Assembly (NCBI GenBank): GCA_002269645.1
Contig: NIVC01000958.1
Coordinates: 124,001-188,000, forward strand
Direction of reading: 5' to 3'
DNA from: Macrostomum lignano
Lineage: Eukaryota
Length of the DNA: 64,000 nucleotides
Below are positions 43,167-51,994 of this stretch, in pieces. Each line of letters opens with the position of its first letter. Positions within the stretch are counted from its first letter, which is position 1. The notes below the pieces were generated by a model, which saw only the letters and a list, made by a program, of their open reading frames with translations, did not search any database and had not been told where the DNA came from. Both the position numbers and the translations under genes were made by a program.

Positions 43167-44399
43167 ATGAAGCGAAAAAGTACACAGCAGATATCTGAAT
43201 TGGAGAAGCTAGCACAAGCAGAGAAACGAGTTACCGGGCTAATAAATAAGGAGCAACAATCCTACAATGAGTTTGTCCAAGCAGCCACAGAGTTTCATAA
43301 GCCCGGGTATGGAGAAGCTAAGAAAAATATTGATCAGGTCAAAGAAACTATCGACGAAATACAGGAAACCCAGGTGCAAAAGGCTTTGGGCAAAATTCCA
43401 GAAGCACCACAGATACAGCCGCAACCACAGACACAACCGCAACCACAACAATCACAACAACAATCACAACCACAACAACAGCAACTAAAAGTGACAGATA
43501 ACATTTTTGGACCAGTAGAGCGTGTAGAACATGATGGGAAATATGTATTTGGAATAAGTATGTGGAGAAAAAATATTTATAATGAACCAGTGGAATATTA
43601 TATCGACATAAATAAGAAACATATTTCTGTTGTCAAAGGCTCGGAAACTAAGAGCATTCCTTTCACAGAAACCTTACTGACTTTTATGACCAAGAACCAA
43701 GAGAGAATCTCGGAAAAGCAGCTAAAGAACTACAAAGATCTAGTGACTTTTTCTCTTGCAAGAGATATAGAAATACTAAAGGCCCCAGAAGTTCTGAAAC
43801 ACATGTACAATGGCGGTGTCAACCTGACTAAATTCAAAAAGTACAAGCACTTTAAACAATGGTTCGATTTGACAGATCAGGCGGAAGTCATAAAATATCT
43901 AGAACAACAACCACAACCACAACAACAACAACGACCGCCACAACAGCAACATTTCACAGAAGAACAAGTACTCAGGCAACTGGATAATGCAGATCCGACT
44001 CAAGTAGCTAAATATAAAAATGATCACCCAGATGCCTGGCAACTCTTAGAATAACACTCCCCAGATCGAATGAATAGAATCAATCAAAGAGTTTTCACAC
44101 CTCAACAAAGACAGGCACCACATGACAGTTCCATCTCTGAAAGTGAACAGTCTTTTGCATCACCTCCCCAGCAGCTACAAGCCCAACCAACTCCACAACC
44201 TCAAGACCAACCGCCCTCAACTGGAAAAGGAATTTCTGAAATCTACAAGCGAGTAGCGGTTCTTCTAGGAGCGGCAAAGACTGGAATGAAAGACGAGAAT
44301 AGAAAAGAATTTGTCAACATCCTGGACAAAATGCTTGAGAGAAAATACATCGATAAGAGGGCGAGAGAGCTTCTGCTTTCGCGGTTCAACAAAAAATAA
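43167..44399 (+). pseudogene. ~410-aa Gln-rich Polinton protein split by a CAA>TAA change at 44052 (ORFs 43167-44054 + 44070-44399)
   Basis: Both ORFs share a frame; the duplicated copy has CAA at 48797-48799; C-terminal GKG...LLGAAKTG...EF..ILD.ML...YI motif. Confidence 0.75.
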
Positions 44400-44415
44400 T
44401 TTATTTCAAGTAAAA

Positions 44416-44802
44416 ATGCCTATTATTTTTGAGAAAGACGTGGACAAATATTATGACAAAGAGGAACTTAATCTTATTAAACGCGGATCTGGACTTTTCC
44501 CTGCAGGCCACTATCCAAGAAAAGAACGCTCTGGGAATGGCCTTGCTGATTTGATCGCTCAGGGGGCCAAGATTTTTAAGGTCATTGGAGAGAACAAAGA
44601 GAACATCAAGAACGTTGCCGAAGCGGCTGGCAGTGTAGCCACAGCAGCCAAAAAGATAAAGGATACTGTAACACCTAAACAAGAGATTCAACCGCCGGCC
44701 CCGCTGGCTCCATTGGCCCCAAATCCAGACAGTGTGGACCCTGCAGTCTATGAGAAGATGAGAGCTAGCATTAAAAAAGGAAGTGGTTTCAAATTTGACT
44801 AA
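44416..44802 (+). CDS. Small putative virion protein (128 aa; GxG motifs, amphipathic helix); copy 1
   Basis: ATG in AAAAATG context at 44416; RGSGLF, SGNGLADLIAQGAKIFKVI, KGSGF; function inferred. Confidence 0.6.
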   Translation: MPIIFEKDVDKYYDKEELNLIKRGSGLFPAGHYPRKERSGNGLADLIAQGAKIFKVIGENKENIKNVAEAAGSVATAAKKIKDTVTPKQEIQPPAPLAPLAPNPDSVDPAVYEKMRASIKKGSGFKFD

Positions 44803-44830
44803 AGGGTACTTTCCGAGGGTACAAGACTAG

Positions 44831-44976
44831 TCCCGAAATGACACATCTAAGTCCCAAAATGACACATTTAAGTCCCGAAATGACACATCTAAGTCCCAAA
44901 ATGACACATCTAAGTCCCAAAATGACACATCTAAGTCCCAAAACGACACATTCAAGTCCCGAAATGACACATCTTC
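44831..44976. repeat. 21-bp tandem repeat upstream of the ATPase (7 units here; 6 units in the second copy at ~49576-49700)
   Basis: GTCCC(G/A)AAATGACACATCTAA units visible. Confidence 0.93.
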
Positions 44977-45017
44977 TAAATGATTTATTATTTAATTTTT
45001 TTTCAATCATAGAAAAA

Positions 45018-45818
45018 ATGGACTTCTCAAACGACTTCAATCCTCACTGGACGCGTAATCAGATTAAGTTTTCTCATCACGAGTCAATCCCGAGTCACTT
45101 CAGATGCATTGTTGTTGGTTCATCAGGTTCAGGTAAAACATTCAGAGTCTTTAACATGCTTCTTAGACCTGGCTTTATCGACTATGACACTCTGCACATC
45201 TACTCTCCCACACTGTATCAAGATGAGTATAAAATGCTGATTTCTGGATTGCAAAACAAACTGAACAAAGAGGACATTATTCAATGTTTTAATAACCAAA
45301 TGAGCCTTCCCAGTAACCCTGAAATTGTAGCTGCTGAATATGCAAAGCACCTCAAAGACAATGAAAAATGGCAGAACATTAAAGTGTTCACCTATGGAGA
45401 TCCGCAGGTGGATCCAAAGACCAAACTTCTACCCCATCCAGATGAGCTAGAAAAAGGGAGAAAGCATTTGATCGTCTTTGATGATTGTATGACAGGCCCA
45501 CAGAAGCAGATAGAAAACTATTTTACAAGAGGACGACATAACAATTGTAATGTAATTTACATTGCACAGAATTGGTTCGAGCTCCCGAACAAAACAATTC
45601 GTGGGAACTGCAATCTGATTCTCCTGTTTCCAACCATTCCACAGGACAGGCTAAAAAGATTTTACAATGAGGTCATTGCGCCTGCCTATTTTATAAATCC
45701 AACAAAAAACTCAAACAGAAAGATTTCACAGGAGGAATTCGTTAATCTTTGCTATGACAAGTGGAATCAGCCTTACCAGTTTGAGATTATCAGCAAAGAA
45801 AAAAGAACTGTAATTTAA
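45018..45818 (+). CDS. A32/FtsK-HerA-family DNA-packaging ATPase (intact copy)
   Basis: Walker A GSSGSGKT, Walker B LIVFDD, RGRHNN, YIAQ; likely start ATG 45018. Confidence 0.92.
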   Translation: MDFSNDFNPHWTRNQIKFSHHESIPSHFRCIVVGSSGSGKTFRVFNMLLRPGFIDYDTLHIYSPTLYQDEYKMLISGLQNKLNKEDIIQCFNNQMSLPSNPEIVAAEYAKHLKDNEKWQNIKVFTYGDPQVDPKTKLLPHPDELEKGRKHLIVFDDCMTGPQKQIENYFTRGRHNNCNVIYIAQNWFELPNKTIRGNCNLILLFPTIPQDRLKRFYNEVIAPAYFINPTKNSNRKISQEEFVNLCYDKWNQPYQFEIISKEKRTVI

Positions 45819-45834
45819 AATTTGCTATTAAAAG

Positions 45835-46578
45835 ATGTCTATTAATTTTGCAGGTGAATCCATTTCTGGAAACAGCGCTCTTACATCAGCTCAAATATCC
45901 ATCCTTGACAGGCGATATATCAACAGCGACGAAAAGATCCCAGAGATCAAACTGAATAAAAACAGACTGAAACAATTAGAACGTTCCATGCACCAGTTGC
46001 AAATGAACATGGAAGATCTCAGGCTTAAAGTAGCTAGACAGAAGTTTGACAGTGATAAGCTTTATGTGCCGTTGTTAAACGCAACTAATGAGCTAAGGTC
46101 AGAAATAACTTCGATAGTCTCGCTAATCAACGGCTTGAGACCATCAGTTAATCTTCTGGGAAATTCCATTGATAGACGGATGCGTATTCTTGAAGGAGGA
46201 GTTTTCACAAACACAGCTAAAGTGAATAATTTAGAAGAGTTCATGAACCAGTCAACAGCATTGCATGATAGAATTAAAGAAAACGTCGCAACCAACACAG
46301 TTAAAGTGAGGAATTTAGAAGAGTTCATGAACCAGTCAACAGCGTTGCATGATAGAATTAAAGAAAAACTTGAAGCATTAAAGAGAAACGATGTATCACA
46401 CAGTAGCTATCTAAACGGAATGTATAGCTCTTGGGGTAAAATAATAAGGAGGCTTAATCGTCTGGAGAGAACACTCAATCTTCGTGACATTGCTATTGAT
46501 GAAGCAGAATCTGCTGCTCGTCCGGTCATTTCTGCAGATGAAATTATCAAAAAGAAAACAGATCTTTCAACTGGGTAG
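45835..46578 (+). CDS. Coiled-coil Polinton protein with a 26-aa internal duplication
   Basis: Heptad-rich; NLEEFMNQSTALHDRIKE twice. Confidence 0.65.
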   Translation: MSINFAGESISGNSALTSAQISILDRRYINSDEKIPEIKLNKNRLKQLERSMHQLQMNMEDLRLKVARQKFDSDKLYVPLLNATNELRSEITSIVSLINGLRPSVNLLGNSIDRRMRILEGGVFTNTAKVNNLEEFMNQSTALHDRIKENVATNTVKVRNLEEFMNQSTALHDRIKEKLEALKRNDVSHSSYLNGMYSSWGKIIRRLNRLERTLNLRDIAIDEAESAARPVISADEIIKKKTDLSTG

Positions 46579-46614
46579 TTTTATATATTTTTTTATTTTT
46601 TTCTAGGGAAAAAA

Positions 46615-47341
46615 ATGGCCCAACAAAATTCTCTATACGATCAGTCTCAATATGCTGAACCTAAAATACCGACAGCACCAAACCCAATGGCACCGAATTC
46701 GAACACACAAAGCCTGGCACCGAATATGAATGCACCCCAATATGAGCAACAAAAACTCTACCCCGTCATTACTTGTAACTCTCAACAGTTTCGACTGGTG
46801 GAGATTCAAAAAATGCGCGATGATCTTGAAAAAAATATTTTCCGCAACACAAAGAAAATTAAGCGCTATAATAGCCACTGTAAATTTTTTGACTACAGCA
46901 ATATGATTCTAGGATCTGTGTCTGTTCTAACTGGGTCTGCTGCAGCTGTCTCAGTGTTGCCAGCCATCACAGTCCCAATCGCAATCCCGCTCGGCTCTGT
47001 GGGTGCTGCATGTGGACTTATTTCAACAATTACTGGAGCATTAGCGCGAAACAGGCGAAAAAAAACTAAAGCAGCTACAGGAGAAGCAAGTAAAAGAGAA
47101 AGGGGTGCACACTTCAATCATAGGGTACATTTCAAGGGCAATCGAGGATAAGTTCATTTCAGAGGACGAGTTCAAAACCATTCAGGATCTTTATGAACAA
47201 TCAATTCGAATGAACTTGAACATGGTCGGTACTGATGACATGAGTCAGCTGAGAAATGAACTCGAGAAAGTTCTTCAACATTATGCGGAAAGAAAGTCGG
47301 CAAGAAATTCGGCAAGAAGGACAACGAGAAATGCACAATGA
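46615..47341 (+). pseudogene. Coiled-coil + hydrophobic-hairpin membrane protein, frameshifted at an A8 run (~47058-47065)
   Basis: QQFRLVEIQ...; two hydrophobic segments; copy 2 has A7 (51243-51249) which reads RRKKLKQ...ISRAIEDKFISEDEF in frame. Confidence 0.7.
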
Positions 47342-47345
47342 ACCC

Positions 47346-47747
47346 TTATGAAACACAGGTACGAATAATTTCCTTGTAGGTGTTTCGTGTTTTGGTCATT
47401 GCATACAAAACAGTCATGCACAGCTCACCGCAAATATCACTGCTAAGACCTTGTAGAATAAAGTCTGAGCGATAAATTTTTTTATTCTTTTTTCCCTTCA
47501 TATAATTTCTTAGCTCTTCTGGTACTGCCGTCCCATAGCTATCGAAGTAATAACACTTGTGCTTGCGATCGGGATCAATCACCCAGCAAACCCAATGAGA
47601 TCCTGGTTTATCGGTGGTGTCAAAGTTCATGATGCCGCATTCTTTTCTTAGAGGAAAATCAGGCAGAGTGTCCCTCATAAATATTCCTCTAAAGTTTGGG
47701 ATTTCCAGTTCGTTAGCCAAATCTTCGAGAAAGTTATTTGTCGTCAT
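47346..47747 (-). CDS. Adenain-like cysteine maturation protease, copy 1
   Basis: GSHWVCW, YFDSYG, Q...ICGELC (His-Asp-Cys triad); likely start MTTNN. Confidence 0.9.
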   Translation of the reverse strand: MTTNNFLEDLANELEIPNFRGIFMRDTLPDFPLRKECGIMNFDTTDKPGSHWVCWVIDPDRKHKCYYFDSYGTAVPEELRNYMKGKKNKKIYRSDFILQGLSSDICGELCMTVLYAMTKTRNTYKEIIRTCVS

Positions 47748-47810
47748 TTTTATGTCATTTTTATGAGTTTTAATACACTTTCTCTTAAACCTAAACCCAA
47801 CCTCCACCTC

Positions 47811-48777
47811 CTAAACCCAACTTCCACCTCCTAAGCCTAATCTCCAATGCCCGAACGGTAGACTGTTGATATTGTCATCAAAAATGAATCGCTTGTTATC
47901 TGCACCTGACAGTCCAATCTTCTTTTGCTGAATTGTGTGAATAATATGGTTTTTAGATTGTAGCTTTGAGAACTCATGTGATGTCTTTTTGTTGCAATTC
48001 AAGGCGTCTCTGTATTCAGTTTCATTAATTTCCTTTCTAACCAGACGTTTCGGAATTACCTTTGATTTTTTGATTGGGTCTGACGACTCACATTTTACAA
48101 AATAGGACTTTGCTCTCAACCCAATGAATTCAGTGATTATGTCACCAGCAATCTCGTCCTTCATTTTCCCAATCACTTTCTTGTTAGTGGCGTCAAACAC
48201 TTGATCGCCATTCTGTGTCTTGCAAGATTCATCATACTCAGACAAGTCAAACAAATCTTTTTGCTGCAGCATGTCCTGATAAATGTCTTCTGTTTGAATG
48301 TCCATAATAAAACTGTCTGTTTCAGTGTACAAGAGTTTCATTTTATCCTTGTACTGCTGCTTCATGCCATAGAAGAACTGGTACATCAGACGTTTTGATT
48401 CATCGAGAACAGTGACACCTGTATAGATCGGCTTGCGCAGCGTCACCTTGGTTTTGTAAAATATGATCACACCTAAGTAGCTATTAAAGATATGGAGTTC
48501 TTTGAATGTTGGCTTTGACATATTTGCCTGAATAACAGCAGGCTCTGATGAGGTAACAAGTTTCAGGTTTGTTCTTTTCCGCTCATTCTCAAGAGTCTTA
48601 CCATAGACAGAGTTGTTGGCCAACTTAAAGAGGTTCTTGTCAAAGTTGTTGGTTGCTTTGGTCCTAAACTGGGTGTTCTTATCAATGTAGGGTTTCATCC
48701 AAGCTTCCTCTGTAAATGTAAGAGCCCTGTGAACTTTGGTGACCCTGCAACCAAGTGAGATAAAATACTGAAGCAGT
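47811..48777 (-). pseudogene. Duplicated 3' fragment of pPolB
   Basis: Near-identical to 51995-52961; truncated at junction 48777/48778; catalytic YTDTDS altered to YTETDS. Confidence 0.9.
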
Positions 48778-49160
48778 ATGCTGGCAACTCTTAGAACAAC
48801 ACTCCCCAGATCGAATGAATAGAATCAATCAAAGAGTTTTCACACCTCAACAAAGACAGGCACCACATGACAGTTCCATCTCTGAAAGTGAACAGTCTTT
48901 TGCATCACCTCCCCAGCAGCTACAAGCCCAACCAACTCCACAACCTCAAGACCAACCGCCCTCAACTGGAAAAGGAATTTCTGAAATCTACAAGCGAGTA
49001 GCGGTTCTTCTAGGAGCGGCAAAGACTGGAATGAAAGACGAGAATAGAAAAGAATTTGTCAACATCCTGGACAAAATGCTTGAGAGAAAATACATCGATA
49101 AGAGGGCGAGAGAGCTTCTGCTTTCGCGGTTCAACAAAAAATAATTTATTTCAAGTAAAA

Positions 49161-49547
49161 ATGCCTATTATTTTTGAGAAAGACGTGGACAAATATTATG
49201 ACAAAGAGGAACTTAATCTTATTAAACGCGGATCTGGACTTTTCCCTGCAGGCCACTATCCAAGAAAAGAACGCTCTGGGAATGGCCTTGCTGATTTGAT
49301 CGCTCAGGGGGCCAAGATTTTTAAGGTCATTGGAGAGAACAAAGAGAACATCAAGAACGTTGCCGAAGCGGCTGGCAGTGTAGCCACAGCAGCCAAAAAG
49401 ATAAAGGATACTGTAACACCTAAACAAGAGATTCAACCGCCGGCCCCGCTGGCTCCATTGGCCCCAAATCCAGACAGTGTGGACCCTGCAGTCAATGAGA
49501 AGATGAGAGCTAGCATTAAAAAAGGAAGTGGTTTCAAATTTGACTAA
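49161..49547 (+). CDS. Small putative virion protein, copy 2
   Basis: Identical to 44416-44802 except Y>N. Confidence 0.55.
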   Translation: MPIIFEKDVDKYYDKEELNLIKRGSGLFPAGHYPRKERSGNGLADLIAQGAKIFKVIGENKENIKNVAEAAGSVATAAKKIKDTVTPKQEIQPPAPLAPLAPNPDSVDPAVNEKMRASIKKGSGFKFD

Positions 49548-49741
49548 AGGGTACTTTCCGAGGGTACAAGACTAGTCCCGAAATGACACATCTAAGTCCC
49601 AAAATGACACATTTAAGTCCCGAAATGACACATCTAAGTCCCAAAATGACACATCTAAGTCCCAAAACGACACATTCAAGTCCCGAAATGACACATCTTC
49701 TAAATGATTTATTATTTAATTTTTTTTCAATCATAGAAAAA

Positions 49742-50542
49742 ATGGACTTCTCAAACGACTTCAATCCTCACTGGACGCGTAATCAGATTAAGTTTTCTCA
49801 TCACGAGTCAATCCCGAGTCACTTCAGATGCATTGTTGTTGGTTCATCAGGTTCAGGTAAAACATTCAGAGTCTTTAACATGCTTCTTAGACCTGGCTTT
49901 ATCGACTATGACACTCTGCACATCTACTCTCCCACACTGTATCAAGATGAGTATAAAATGCTGATTTCTGGATTGCAAAACAAACTGAACAAAGAGGACA
50001 TTATTCAATGTTTTAATAACCAAATGAGCCTTCCCAGTAACCCTGAAATTGTAGCTGCTGAATATGCAAAGCACCTCAAAGACAATGAAAAATGGCAGAA
50101 CATTAAAGTGTTCACCTATGGAGATCCGCAGGTGGATCCAAAGACCAAACTTCTACCCCATCCAGATGAGCTAGAAAAAGGGAGAAAGCATTTGATCGTC
50201 TTTGATGATTGTATGACAGGCCCACAGAAGCAGATAGAAAACTATTTTACAAGAGGACGACATAACAATTGTAATGTAATTTACATTGCACAGAATTGGT
50301 TCGAGCTCCCGAACAAAACAATTCGTGGGAACTGCAATCTGATTCTCCTGTTTCCAACCATTCCACAGGACAAGCTAAAAAGATTTTACAATGAGGTCAT
50401 TGCGCCTGCCTATTTTATAAATCCAACAAAAAACTCAAACAGAAAGATTTCACAGGAGGAATTCGTTAATCTTTGCTATGACAAGTAGAATCAGCCTTAC
50501 CAGTTTGAGATTATCAGCAAAGAAAAAAGAACTGTAATTTAA
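49742..50542 (+). pseudogene. Packaging ATPase copy 2 with TGG>TAG at 50486-50488
   Basis: Direct comparison with copy 1 (YDKW vs YDK*). Confidence 0.85.
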
Positions 50543-50558
50543 AATTTGCTATTAAAAG

Positions 50559-51525
50559 ATGTCTATTAATTTTGCAGGTGAATCCATTTCTGGAAACAGC
50601 GCTCTTACATCAGCTCAAATATCCATCCTTGACAGGCGATATATCAACAGCGACGAAAAGATCCCAGAGATCAAACTGAATAAAAACAGACTGAAACAAT
50701 TAGAACGTTCCATGCACCAGTTGCAAATGAACATGGAAGATCTCAGGCTTAAAGTAGCTAGACAGAAGTTTGACAGTGATAAGCTTTATGTGCCGTTGTT
50801 AAACGCAACTAATGAACTAAGGTCAGAAATAACTTCGATAGTCTCGCTAATCAACGGCTTGAGATCATCAGTTAATCTTCTGGGAAATTCCATTGATAGA
50901 CGGATGCGTATTCTTGAAGGAGGAGTTTTCACAAACACAGCTAAAGTGAATAATTTAGAAGAGTTCATGAACCAGTCAACAGCATTGCATGATAGAATTA
51001 AAGAAAACGTCGCAACCAACACAGTTAAAGTGAGGAATTTAGAAGAGTTCATGAACCAGTCAACAGCGTTGCATGATAGAATTAAAGAAAAACTTGAAGC
51101 ATTAAAGAGAAACGATGTATCACACAGTAGCTATCTCAGTGTTGCCAGCCATCACAGTCCCAATCGCAATCCCGCTCGGCTCTGTGGGTGCTGCATGTGG
51201 ACTTATTTCAACAATTACTGGAGCATTAGCGCGAAACAGGCGAAAAAAACTAAAGCAGCTACAGGAGAAGCAAGTAAAAGAGAAAGGGGTGCACACTTCA
51301 ATCATAGGGTACATTTCAAGGGCAATCGAGGATAAGTTCATTTCAGAGGACGAGTTCAAAACCATTCAGGATCTTTATGAACAATCAATTCGAATGAACT
51401 TGAACATGGTCGGTACTGATGACATGAGTCAGCTGAGAAATGAACTCGAGAAAGTTCTTCAACATTATGCGGAAAGAAAGTCGGCAAGAAATTCGGCAAG
51501 AAGGACAACGAGAAATGCACAATGA
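50559..51525 (+). pseudogene. Deletion-fused coiled-coil/membrane-protein genes of copy 2
   Basis: Junction at 51136 joins equivalents of 46412 and 46952 via AGCT(A/G)TCT microhomology. Confidence 0.85.
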
Positions 51526-51529
51526 ACCC

Positions 51530-51931
51530 TTATGAAACACAGGTACGAATAATTTCCTTGTAGGTGTTTCGTGTTTTGGTCATTGCATACAAAACAGTCA
51601 TGCACAGCTCACCGCAAATATCACTGCTAAGACCTTGGAGAATAAAGTCTGAGCGATAAATTTTTTTATTCTTTTTTCCCTTCATATAATTTCTTAGCTC
51701 TTCTGGTACTGCCGTCCCATAGCTATCGAAGTAATAACACTTGTGCTTGCGATCGGGATCAATCACCCAGCAAACCCAATGAGATCCTGGTTTATCGGTG
51801 GTGTCAAAGTTCATGATGCCGCATTCTTTTCTTAGAGGAAAATCAGGCAGAGTGTCCCTCATAAATATTCCTCTAAAGTTTGGGATTTCCAGTTCGTTAG
51901 CCAAATCTTCGAGAAAGTTATTTGTCGTCAT
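51530..51931 (-). CDS. Adenain-like cysteine protease, copy 2
   Basis: Protein identical to copy 1 from MTTNN. Confidence 0.9.
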   Translation of the reverse strand: MTTNNFLEDLANELEIPNFRGIFMRDTLPDFPLRKECGIMNFDTTDKPGSHWVCWVIDPDRKHKCYYFDSYGTAVPEELRNYMKGKKNKKIYRSDFILQGLSSDICGELCMTVLYAMTKTRNTYKEIIRTCVS

Positions 51932-51994
51932 TTTTATGTCATTTTTATGAGTTTTAATAAACTTTCTCTTAAACCTAAACCCAACCTCCACCTC

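Noticed and set aside
44838-45017. MTHLSPK N-terminal extension as the annotated ATPase start
   Set aside because: Derived from the 21-bp repeat; ATG 45018 has the element's AAAAATG context (kept only as a low-level finding).
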